The translations under genes and the position numbers were made by a program. The notes under the pieces were generated by a model. That model was not told where the DNA came from. It saw nothing but the letters and a program-made list of their open reading frames with translations, and made no database searches. A stretch of 64,000 bases of DNA from Tubiluchus corallicola (lineage: Eukaryota > Animalia > Priapulida): contig JAQGDQ010000039.1 of assembly GCA_030141605.1 (NCBI GenBank), forward strand, positions 496,001 through 560,000. Reading direction: 5' to 3'. Within the stretch, counting starts at the first letter, position 1, and each line of letters starts with the position of its first letter. This document shows positions 52,361 to 64,000 of the stretch, one piece after another.

Positions 52361-54167
52361 TATTTACAAACTCATTTGATTTTAAAACCAAGCTACTTAA
52401 TATATAATAATTTATTGACGATTTACAATTCATTACAGTACATTACATAATGCAATACGTTACAATTAAGACAAAAACTACACAGACAAAACCCCACAAA
52501 CATCAAAACGAGTTTAGGAATTGTAATTACATTTTTCAATAAATTTAAACTGCAGAAACATAAATATTAATAATTTGGTAAACACAAAACTCTGGTAAAC
52601 TACATTTAACGTTGCTCCTGTTTGTAAATTGTGTTTGGTTTCTGAGAATTGTAAGTTGTACACTCGGGAATTATACTCTCGGTTTAAATACTTTTTTATA
52701 ACATTGTGGAATTTTATGCAAAAATTTGTTGATTCTTGACATAAAGAATTTCATCGTAAAAAGCAGTATATTTTCAGAATAATGAGTTTTCATTAATTTT
52801 ATTGTTGAAACAATACAATTTTTATTAAAAACTTTAATTTACAACCAAAGTATACACAATAAAGTAGGGAAAGTCCTTCTGCGCAGTAGTTCGCGCAGTT
52901 AGTGTCGCCCTAGCGGCTATTCAGTACGGAATGTTGTTGTCAGGTACGCAACAGCGCAGGTTGTGGCTACTGTAGCAGATGAATTGATGAGACCATCAAA
53001 ACCAGCCCGGTTAACAGGCGCTCATAAATTGCTCAGCAGTGAGTTGCAAAAACACAAAAAAATATCTTTTTAAATTTCGCAAGGATGCAGCCAGGTAATT
53101 GTAATAAAATGTTAATTATAACACAGTTTTGAAACTTTTGTTACTAGTTAAATATTTTGTACGCTAAGCAAAGACTGCAAGGCCTACATCTCTCTTTGGC
53201 GATTTATAGCAGCTGTTATCTTTTTTAATATTATTTAAAGCAAGCATAAGGCATTAAGAATAATTTGTAGTTAAAATAAAAATTATTATAATCATATCTC
53301 ATAAAAATTAATAGGCTTATTTACATAAGAAGTTAAGAAAGTTGATCAAAAGAAAGAATACCTGGCTCATGTAGTATTCGATTTCTGGAGAAATATTTTT
53401 TCTAAAAAACATTTCTATTTCATATGTTCTTATCAGGAAATATAAGTTGAAGAAATATTAGGCCTGACTTTCATGTGTAATACATAAAAATAAATGTTCA
53501 TTAAATACAGTTTGCTTACCTGTAAAAAATGTACTTGTATAATGTTCTTTTGTTTTGTTTATTAATTAGACTCTTTAGTATTATTTTAATGCATGTACTT
53601 TGCAGCTTGATTCAGTTCCCTATTTGAAAGTTTGTTTAAATTTCTGTTTGGCTAGCTTGCTTTTCATTTTATTTAGTTTGTTTTTTATTATTTTTATTTA
53701 GTATTATTGTTATTATTTTGCATGTTTTTCTCATATTGAGTTATGCATGGACGATATGACAGCTTGAATTTGGTCATTTTTTGCACTAATGTTTTTCTTT
53801 TGCTAATAGGTACCATTACGACCTTTGTTACTTTATTAGTAAGGTATAAATCAATTTAAATGAAATTATTCATTTATCGCCGCCTATATCAAAATCGTAA
53901 TTACATATAATGTTTTTCTTATGTTTCCTTGCTATTATTACATCATTTACTTTATTACATCAATTTCATCGAGTCATCTACAAAAGCACGCATATCTTTA
54001 ATAATTTTTTCATTTTCATTTAAGTAAGGTGAGTGTGTTAATGACCGTATGGTCGTACACTCACCTCACACTACTCAAATCATTTTATTTATTGTTTATT
54101 TATGTGTACAATATTGTATTTTGATGTGTGAAATAAAATTCATAGTTCATAGTTCCGTCTTTCTTTT

Positions 54168-54169
<2 letters not shown>

Positions 54170-54208
<39 letters not shown>

Positions 54209-54220
54209 TCTTTCTCTCTA
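54170..54220. repeat. (CT)n microsatellite
   Basis: tctctctc run. Confidence 0.9.
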
Positions 54221-57200
54221 AGAGAGTGAGGGAGAGAAAAATCAATAAATCAATGAAAAATGCATTACTTTTTTACATAGTAGGCAGCCCATCACGCAGT
54301 CAGCTAGCCTCTTTCCTCAGGAAAAACAATAAAATTTACTTACAAGAAAACTGAACAGGCATTTGCAAGTACATAATACAAACGTATTGCTACAATTTTT
54401 TTTTCCTTTTCATGAAATGTTTTCAGTTTTTTGAACTAATAATTGCTTTTAATTGAGATATACTTCTTTTATTAAAAACGCAAAAGTGATTTTGGCTTAT
54501 CAAAATTGCACGTATGCCAACACTACTGGTGAACTTAATAATATTATTATTACAGTTAATGCGGCGCTCCAAATTTTTTACTGAATCGCCGTTTGATGCC
54601 GCCAGCATAGCCGCTAATCGCAAAAATGAAATACGTAACAATAGTTTTCGTCCTTCCTCTTTGTACACTTTGTTTACAACTGTTTAAAAAACTTTTGTTT
54701 TTTAAAAAACGTGTTTAAAAGACATGTTTTTAAACAGTTGTAAATTAAAGTTTTTAGTGTTGTTTTAATAATAAGTGCTTTGAAGTGCCTGTAATAATTT
54801 TCCATTTCATCTCATTTACTTCACCTCCTCAATAATTTTCATTTATTACGAATTAGAAAATTAAAACACAAAAATTAAAGCTGTACAGATAAGATTACTA
54901 GCAAACAGATACAAAAAGCGAAAAAGTGTTGCATAACTTATGTTTCTGTTACAAACAAAGAAAACTACACATTACGCATAATATCATAATTTCAGATATT
55001 GATTTGTTTTTTTTTTTGGAAATGTGATGCGTGTGAGTTTTTTTAGAGTTCTAATTGTTAAATGGGAGATTTCTAGATGTTCAACGTGCTCAGCATTGCA
55101 GCTGGGACTCGTATTGATAAAACAAAGTGACTTTTTTATCAACAATATTTTCTGGTAAATCATTTTGCCCGAATTTCTTTTAAAAATTAATCCTCCTTAT
55201 GTAACGAGACATAAAATGAGGATATCTGATGAGTCAACAACCTCTGTAGCTAAAGTCTACAACTCTTCTTTAGTTATAGAGGTGCTTGGATGAGGATAGA
55301 TTATAATTCCCGTTTGTCGTCTTTACAGTAATTATACACGTGTCCCCATCTTATACGTCGTTGAAAGAAATCCCGCTAAGGCGGTTTTCCAGATTAACTC
55401 ACTATCCCATTTCTGCATAGTTACAGGTCATTAACGTCTGTGTAATTATTACAGCCTATACACACATATACCTTTGTTGTTGTAGTTCTTCTTTTTACTA
55501 ATGACTTTTGATTCCATTTATACCATTAAGTGTTGAAACAAGCATGTAGGTTTTTAGTGTTATTACAAGCTGTATTTTAAATAAATTTATGATTCTTATA
55601 ATCTGTCTAGTAGGAAAGTTTGCAACATCAGAGGTTTAAATATATGCTGTTTATTTGTTTAACTGTTCGGCCCACTACAAACTGGAGTCTAACACTCATG
55701 CCAGGGCTTACTAATAATGTTAAAGGGTTGTAGCAGGACCAGAACCCCATCCGTTATCAAGGATCAGGCATATCCAAGGTTAGATAGTGAAGTATCATAG
55801 CCACGTTTGGACACACGCGCGTGCGCGCATACATGCACACACTCCCTCACACGCGCACAAATAATTTTATTATTAGTAAACTGAACACATTTAATTGCGT
55901 AAGTAATGTTTTACATGCCAATGCCGTTGAACGAAATGTTAAGCTAGATAAGTTCATAGATTGCCCAAATAAAAGTGCAGCAATTTTTGACGTTTGTCAT
56001 CTTTGTAAAACTCTGATGTATTCAACGGATTCAAGTGTGCACTTGAAAAAATGATTAAACAGTTGTTGAATGGACATGTGTGCCGACTAGCCCTCACATC
56101 ATTTCACTTTACTAATTAAAGCAGTTTATGTTACACTGTTAATACATATACAGCATATTTGTGAACTGCTTAAATCCAACAAACATGTTCAATTCTCGTT
56201 AAAATAAAACGTTTATTTTATTGGTCTTAGTTATCAGGCACGACTGAGTAATAAAAACGTTTAATACAAACGTTTTTATACAGAGTGAATTAAATGGGAA
56301 ATGTAACAATAAATGTGAAGAAAAGATCCAATCATTAACCAGAAAGCCAACTTTTCAGGACAAATAATTCAGTCTGAAGGATTCAGTATTGTTAAGATAG
56401 CCAAGATAATCAACCTTGTAATTTAGTTGCTTGAAGAAGATGTTTCATACACAGACCACACTTTTCGCATTTTTAAAATGGACAAATATTTCAACTTTAT
56501 GTCTAATGTATGTAATCAAAATTGAAACATGTACAATGCGCATACTAGTCCCGTATAGTGACAACATCCCAGTAAGTGCACAGGTTTACTGTTGCTACCG
56601 AATTTTTCTAGGATTACTCAAATTTTGTGATAATTTTCACACACTTCTTTTGAGTTTGCTCCTAAATTCAGACAGTAAATATAACTTAGTGAGAACAAGT
56701 TAATATTATACACTGTTAAAAGACATATAATCCCTACAACAGCTAAGAGAAAATTCAGAAACGGGTAAATTTGTTACATCATAAATGTGAGTAAGTACAC
56801 AATAAACAATATACATTGCAGTCAAACCTCATTATATTGCTCACTTTAATGAGGCTCCAGAAAAAAACTGATATTAATCAAGTATGGCTTTATAACCTGG
56901 TGCTTTAATACATACATGTCTATGCAAATATTAACATTTTATTTTGCCAAAAATTTGGTTGTTAAGCGAGGTTGGCAGTTAAAGACTTGTTATAACTGAA
57001 GTTTGACTGTAATTATAGCAAACTTGCCTGCTATAGTAATTATGACTTTGCACAGTTGTAACTTAGACGGAGAGACTATCAAATATGTATATGCATACGT
57101 AGATAGGCAAATAGATGAATATACTTACGCTGCTTCAAATACCAATAAAGTAATACCAGTTAAGTTAAAAAAGAAAAGTAAACTACTGTATCTTATTGTC

Positions 57201-57666
57201 ATCTACTGCATACAATAAGAAATTGAACACAGTGGGGCAGCAAGACAATATTGACAGAACACAACTGAAAGTTTGTCTACAAAAACGCATATCATTAGTA
57301 CCAGTAAAATGCTTTAATAAGCTGTATCAATACTACTTGAAGTGAACAAGCAATGTAACAATGTATTTCACTCCATCATCATTACAAGAAAGCAGTGACT
57401 ATTTATTCAAACACAGTTTTCGAGAAAGGTCAAAATCTGTAACAAAACACTTTTTTGCTGTGAAAAAATTATCACTTTTCAGTTGGTGACAAAAGTTGAT
57501 TCTGGATTATATGTAATGCAGTCAGTTGTAAGTTACATATATAAAACACTGCTTTATTTATAGTGATCAAAATTTGCACCAAACTATTTTTAGCTATGAA
57601 GACTTGAGTTTTTATATGGATGATGAGCAATTAAAAATGTATAATATTAATTTGAACAACCTATGA

Positions 57667-58173
57667 CAAGGCCGTAGTCGGCGGTCCGGCCGGACCACTT
57701 TTTCTGCCATACGTGCCTAGACATCTCCCCTTCATTAATTATAATGACAACAATAAAGCACATAAATCGTTTCTATTCGAAGCTAAAAGAAGCAATTTTG
57801 GTACGTTGACAAAAACCGTTGAGGACTTTCTGCTTCGCATGAATCTATCTATAAACATGTGACGTGGTCAGTGTTACGATGGAGCGAGTAACATGTCTGG
57901 GCTAAATCAGGGGTCATGTACATATGGATAGAACAGACGCTCTCGACCTGAAGGAAATTGCGAACGAGTTTACTGCTAGAAATGAGCAGCGCAGATGTGT
58001 GTTTGGGAAGTTTTAATCAATCATGTCATCATTGAGTATGTGTAGTGCTCTATTATATTATAACTCTGTATTATAAATTATAATATACTCTTCTATATGT
58101 TGCTGCTGTATTCTTCTTCTACCTGTTTCGTATCTGTGGACGGACCACTTTTCAAAAGCCGACTACGGCCCTG
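57667..58173 (+). mobile_element. Internally deleted hAT (ZMYM1-like transposase) element
   Basis: TIRs ca(a/g)ggccgtagtcggc; flanking 5-bp repeat TATGA; remnants RGQCYDGASNMSG and HVH..RTDALDLKEIANEF..RNEQR..FGKF*. Confidence 0.88.
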
Positions 58174-58867
58174 TATGAACATCCATTTTAAACTCATCAT
58201 AGATCAATGTTACAGTGTACTATATTCACATAATTGCTATGAAATATATGACAATGATGAACAGGAACAAAAGTTTCTAACAATACACACTTGTGTCCAA
58301 AAATACTCCTCAAAGGTAAAATGCTCTATCGGTATTATGTTTTCGGTATTAGCAAGTGTTTAGTACATAAAAGTGTAATGAGGAATACTTTAAATTTATG
58401 TAGCATTATAAGCTGGTAAAGGTCAAAGAGTGACGCAATACAACTATTTCAGAAGTGCAATCTGCGAGACTAGAGTGCTACCTAGTGGGGACATTTTAAA
58501 TATCATAACTTTATATTTTTTGCCATACATTGTATGTAAACACAGTAGTAACGTCTAAAAATTATCAAACGTGGTGATATATCTATCACAACAGCAAAAC
58601 CTAACACAACTTTTATTCTCCTATGATTATTTCACATATAAAACTGAAAGGATGTCAGATTGCTAACAGGAATAATACCTCCGACAAAAGGTTATTAAAC
58701 TGCTAAGTAATGTTCAACATTTAACACATAAATATATGTAACATATAAAAAATTTTGATAATTCATGATTTGAAGTAAAAAATGGAAAATTTTTCAGAGG
58801 TGCAAAAAGGACTAAATTTGATATCGCTATCCACATAATACAAGCTAATCTAAAAAACAACATATCT

Positions 58868-60124
58868 TCAGGATACAGCTAGCTCCAATTCTGCCTCTTT
58901 CCAGTGTTTCTTTTTATGGTAGTTTAATGCTGCAGGATGCTTATACGAAGCACCGCAACGGGTGCATTTATATGGCCGTTCATCACTATGAGTTCTTAGA
59001 TGTGATTCTAGCTCCGATTGGCGGGCGTGCAATCTATTACACAGCGGACACATCCATGGATCATTGTGAATATTCATATGAGCTTTGTAGCCAACTTTAG
59101 AGTTGTACTCTGCGCCACATTGTTCACACTTGTACTCTTTAGCCATACTCTTAGGCGTATGTGTCATCATGTGATACTTCAATCCAGTGGGCCTAGCAAA
59201 CACCTCATCACAACAAGTGCACTTGTATGGCTTTGCACGACTGTGACCCGCCAGGTGACGTTCTAGGTTCATCAATTGCAGAAATGTTTTGTGACAAATG
59301 TGACACTCGAATGTCATTTTTACCTGGTTTTCCAATAGATGGCACTGTTGATGCAAGTTCAGACCGCGGGAATGTCTAAACCGAGCATCGCATAGCTTGC
59401 ACCGATAAAGTGCTTCTTCGTCATCATCTTCGTCAGCATGTGCATGAATTAACTGATGGCGCTTTAAACCGTAAGCGCGAACAAACGAAGCTCCACACTG
59501 CTGACATGTGTGCGGTTTCTTTTTGGCGTGGCGTCTAAAGTGCATTCTTAGGTAAGCTGCACGAGCAAATTTCTTTCTACAAACGTCACATTCATACAAT
59601 TTCTCATTAGTGTGAATGCTAGAATGGCATTTTAAATTCGACGCAGATACAAAGTCGTTGTTACAAATGCCACACCTGTACGTTTTCTGCCCCAAGTGAG
59701 TGCTGCAGTGAGTTTTCAGACTGCTCTTGTGCCTAAATGTAGCATCGCACTGGTCACACTTATATGGTTTGTGGTCACAGTGAGTTTTTGTGTGGTAATA
59801 AAGATGACTCGAACTAACAAATGTGTCATCACATTCAGAACACTTATAAGGTCGTTCTCCAGTATGAGACCTATAGTGGATAGTGAAGCTGTTCTGATGT
59901 CTAAATGCCGCATTACACTGATCACATTTAAATGGCGTCTCCCCCGTGTGTGTTCTGTAATGACATATTAAGCGGCTTTCAAATGGAAAAGCACAGTTGC
60001 ATTGATCACATTTATATCGCAATGGTTTCTCATCATAGAACATTTCGTCAAAAGTATCTTCAGAATTCTCACATTCTTGATCAACGGGTTCAGTTTTCAC
60101 CACTACGTCGCTGACCAGTGCCAT
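58868..60124 (-). CDS. C2H2 zinc-finger protein, 13 fingers, ~418 aa
   Basis: Acceptor ttgttttag before 60138, ATG at 60124 (MALVSDVVVKTEP); 13 CxxC...HxxxH units with TGETPF/TGERPY-type linkers; single coding exon. Confidence 0.9.
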   Translation of the reverse strand: MALVSDVVVKTEPVDQECENSEDTFDEMFYDEKPLRYKCDQCNCAFPFESRLICHYRTHTGETPFKCDQCNAAFRHQNSFTIHYRSHTGERPYKCSECDDTFVSSSHLYYHTKTHCDHKPYKCDQCDATFRHKSSLKTHCSTHLGQKTYRCGICNNDFVSASNLKCHSSIHTNEKLYECDVCRKKFARAAYLRMHFRRHAKKKPHTCQQCGASFVRAYGLKRHQLIHAHADEDDDEEALYRCKLCDARFRHSRGLNLHQQCHLLENQVKMTFECHICHKTFLQLMNLERHLAGHSRAKPYKCTCCDEVFARPTGLKYHMMTHTPKSMAKEYKCEQCGAEYNSKVGYKAHMNIHNDPWMCPLCNRLHARQSELESHLRTHSDERPYKCTRCGASYKHPAALNYHKKKHWKEAELELAVS

Positions 60125-63015
60125 CTTCTGGTGTAGATCTAAAACAAACAGTGCGCCATTAGTAGCATACTCGAGAAAACTCTGAACACGGTATAGAAAT
60201 TTAAAAGTACACATGAAATTAACGCAGATGCACCAACATAAAAAGTAAAACTAGGAAATAAATTTTAATATAATTTGAATTTTGAATCCAATATAGCAGG
60301 TATATGTAAATATTAAAAGTGCTTTCAAAAGAAATATGCATCTCTATATGTAAAAAACTGAATCTTCAGAGATCAACAGAAACCTGACAAACATAATTAC
60401 TTTTCTTCAAGACATAAGGGTGTCTCATCAAAGTTTAAAAACATAGGCAATAAAACAGTGTCTTCAAAACAAAATTACAGAATTTAATAAATAAGCATTT
60501 GGTGTTTCTCCACCTTAATGTTAGCGGGCAAGCAGTAAGTGGAAATGTAAATTTACATATAACACATGCAATTAGGTTTTAAAGTATGATCCAAAGACAA
60601 CGCAGAAGTTATCAAACGGTTAAATATTTAGTTAAGAAACAAATATCCTCATTTTCAACTTTTATTAGTCACCAAAACTCTGGTGAATGGTTGCTAAATT
60701 TGACTTTTCCAGGAAATTACAAGAATGCATTTAATCATCAAACTGCATTACTGGTTCTATATGACCGACCGATAAAGGTCAGCCCACTACAGTACAGGCT
60801 ATATGGACAACACGGTTGTAAAATTCTTTGACATTTATACATGTATGTTATATCACTTTTCTACAACTACATATTAAAGAATGTATAATAATCTGAACTG
60901 CATGGTATGGCAAAAACAAATAACAAAATAAATTAAATTCACAGCTAAATGAGCTGCAAGATTGTCCTTTCTTTTTCTGTACTCAAATACAGTGTTCCCA
61001 GGAAAACAGCATCTAAGCAATTTTATGTGTTATACTGCCTCTCAGTCTAACTAATTACCTCGTTAAAGAAGAATGCATACATTTGACCATACAGGGCGGG
61101 TGCTAAGGAGTGCGGGGACTCAATTACAAAATTGTTAGAGGGGCACTCTACCCTATAAACCTGAAGATTAGTGTTTTGTGCTTCGTGTAGTATGCTTGTC
61201 TCAGCTATAAAGCATTGAGGACTTGAGGCTCCACCAGAGGCAGCTTGTGTACAGGTAATGTGGTACCGCAGCACTGCCTTTTCACTCATTATTATCAATA
61301 ATATTCAATACAATAAGTCGTTTTTCTTTAATTCTTTCTTTATACTTGTGCGGAACCGGAGCACATGAGGGAAATACAGTTTGCTTCACTAGCCCAAGCA
61401 GGGTGGTGTTTGGCTATTGTGCACATGCAAGCCATGTATACACGTTGAGATAAGACGCTGTACTTTAGGTACAAAGAATACTGTCGCTCACGCAATATGT
61501 GTTGTCAGTTGTCAAGTGTTTAAAAGCCGTGTATCGGCATATTCTTGAACTGCGACAATTTAGGCTATTCGTAAGAAAATAATATTTTTTGTTTAGGAGT
61601 TTATCAAGTTTATGTATAAATTAGTTTTTTTTTAAATACAATTACAACATTAAAATTATATATCGTTTGTTTCGTTTCACACAGTATTAAAACAATATCT
61701 AAAAAAATTTAATTTTGGAGCACTCCCACTAATTTTAGCTATGAGCTGCCACTGGGCTCAACTATTAGCCACGACATACTAAAAATTGAAAGTGCATATG
61801 AAATATTCTGACACACAATCTGTGCACAGGCCTTCTAAAAACAGACTTTTCTGGCTTTTTTATCCAAGAAATGTTTCAAAATCATTTCAAAGTCAATAGA
61901 TTTTTTTGCAACGTCATTTTCCATATATACCATCGCCAAATTATTTAGTCTCTCTTGAGAAATTATTTATTATAGCTCTGTTTTAATCGGTTTCTGTTTT
62001 GAAAAACTTCTGTTGCCTGATACGACAGATGCGGGACTATTTGATCAAATTTTTCTAATTGGCTTAAAAGTTAAAATATGCCCTGCGACCATACTTACAA
62101 CACCTCAGCTAGTTCAAAATCTTAAAGAACTGCCCTGATAATTTGCTAGACTCAGGTGACACCACAGGCACCAACATAATAACAAGTAGCTCTGCTATAA
62201 ACTGCAGGACACCTACCTTAATGTGCAGAATTGTATCTAAAAACATTATTCAAGATAGCTCTGCCATCAGTTATAGAATTTGGGATAATGTCTCATTCAT
62301 CATGATTTATTTATCAGTAATGAGGCTTATTACAACAGAGATGCAAAGGTTCTTTAGAAATAAGAAATGGTGATGTGCCATTGAATGAGGCAATGAATTA
62401 CTTCAAGCACCATTAAAAGAAACCCAGTACCAATTTTAAATTTGTTTCATGCAAACTCAAGTCTAGTCAACAATGGCACATCAACAGCACTTATTTTTTT
62501 ACACTGAAAACGAGTTAAGGGTTTAGCTTATCAGGGCAGCTAAATCTGTGTAATTTATTTTACTAACTTTTAATTGCCTCCAAATGTCTAAAAATATATG
62601 GTATTCCAAGCTCATCTAAATATCATGTCACCTTTCCTGTCCAGGAATTCGTTTACATGTACATTACAGTACATTAGCAGTCTTGTTTGGGTGAATAATA
62701 GAAAATAATATGCATAAGCGTGGCATTTGCTCAATTTGGCAGAAACTGCAAACAAAATGCATAAAAAAGAAAAACTTGAAAAAGGATAAAAATAAATTTA
62801 CATACTCATACGGATATAAAGTTATCAGTGATCTCGTCCCAAATTGTAAAATCTTTTCACAACAGAAGTCTCCTTACGTACATATCACAACACTTTACAT
62901 TTAAAAGATGTGTTCTCACTTATAGTTTAAAAATGTGTACAGTTCGTATTTTAAGCTAACTGTTTTACAAACAGAATCAGCACAGTTTTCTCAGTCTCAC
63001 ACTGTCATGCTCACA

Positions 63016-63513
63016 CTAGTGCTGCTGTTCATGTGTAGGTTTCTGTTTATGCTGACGATGATGACGACGGTGGCCGTGTCGCTTTTTCTTCTCTGACGGT
63101 ACTGCGTTTGTTTCGCTTGCGGAAGTTGGAGGCGGAAGAAGCGTGGGAGGTGGCGGTGCAGTTTCGACATGTAATCCAGTAATAATAGACTGACTCAACT
63201 GTTGCAGATCGGTAACAAGTTTAGAAAGGTTTTCGTCAGCCACTTTACGAGCTTCCTCTGACTCTAGTCCAATGTTTTCTAAATCAGTGTCCATATCGAA
63301 GTGAAGCTTAGCGAGACGCTCTTGTTGTTCTCTGACTTGGTCCATTTTCTCGAAATAGCTTTCTTCCCCAAATGCCTGTAGTCGACCGGAATGAAAGTCA
63401 TCTAACAGAGCAAGAAGGCCTTGTTCCATTTTACGGACATCAGAAACATCAGTGAGGAATGAATGTTCTTTGCACGTTTGCGATAGACTGGTATCAGGCA
63501 GCTGTTGAGCCAT
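63016..63513 (-). CDS. CCDC28: Coiled-coil domain-containing protein 28-like (CCDC28A/B family)
   Basis: EHSFLTDVSDVRKMEQGLLALLDDFHSGRLQAFG...MDQVREQQERLAKLHF...L..L..LS.SI is the CCDC28 core; uninterrupted 165-aa ORF. Confidence 0.88.
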   Translation of the reverse strand: MAQQLPDTSLSQTCKEHSFLTDVSDVRKMEQGLLALLDDFHSGRLQAFGEESYFEKMDQVREQQERLAKLHFDMDTDLENIGLESEEARKVADENLSKLVTDLQQLSQSIITGLHVETAPPPPTLLPPPTSASETNAVPSEKKKRHGHRRHHRQHKQKPTHEQQH

Positions 63514-64000
63514 TTTACAACCTTTTGATAAGTTCGAAAATGCCTCTTATAAAATACTAGCAAGCATTAATCACTAAAGCTCTCCGATCCATCACCAATA
63601 CTGCAAAAAATAATCAGTTCAAATGTTTTTGAGTTTAAACACAGCTATACAAAAAAGCAATAACCATTAAACAATGAAAACATTTTTGTATAAAATATGT
63701 TGCAGCCAAAGCACTCGACAATTGCTCCAAAATACTAAGATACTACCTGGTATTTGGGAAAAAATTCCAAATCAGCATTCAAAAATTTGAAAACTATCCA
63801 ATTCGACAAATGGATAATGATTTGGCCAAATACATGTACATATGTATAGCTATGTACATGTAGCTATGAAATACATACATATGCTGAGCAATGCATTCAC
63901 AACTTGCCTTATATTGCCAGAAGAGTGTCTACAAGCTCTTATAGAGAAAAGCAAATGTATAGTATGTTTGTTACTCAAACTCACAACTAGTATCATAATG

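Noticed and set aside
55225-55260. CTGATGAGTC hammerhead-like core
   Set aside because: No complementary stem II followed by GAAA.
59018-60114. Plus-strand ORFs antisense to the zinc-finger gene, and similar antisense ORFs over Roquin exons and LINEs
   Set aside because: Shadow ORFs of real coding sequence; no independent motifs.
1-64000. CRISPR arrays, rRNA, intact tRNA genes, operon-like or defence systems
   Set aside because: None seen; the sequence is eukaryotic and the tRNA-like boxes belong to SINE fragments without full cloverleaves.

Overview
AT-rich eukaryotic (metazoan, invertebrate-like) genomic DNA with intron-containing genes and many transposon remnants; no prokaryotic features. 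Seven protein-coding genes were reconstructed by hand from splice sites and remembered protein motifs: BORCS7 (-, runs off the left edge), Roquin/RC3H (+, 17 coding exons, ~918 aa), NOP16 (+, 5 exons, one GC-AG intron), HIGD2A-like (+, 2 exons), a KIAA1191/p33MONOX-like gene (-, 2 coding exons), a 13-finger C2H2 zinc-finger gene (-) and CCDC28-like (-). Introns and intergenic DNA hold decayed LINE fragments, several MITEs/DNA-transposon derivatives and SINE pieces. I found no convincing novel multi-gene system. The best leads are (i) a Roquin-type CDE stem-loop, uORFs and candidate poison exons in the Roquin gene itself, suggesting layered autoregulation, and (ii) NOP16, HIGD2A and KIAA1191-like genes lying next to each other as they do at human 5q35.2. 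All homology calls are from memory and manual translation; no searches were run.
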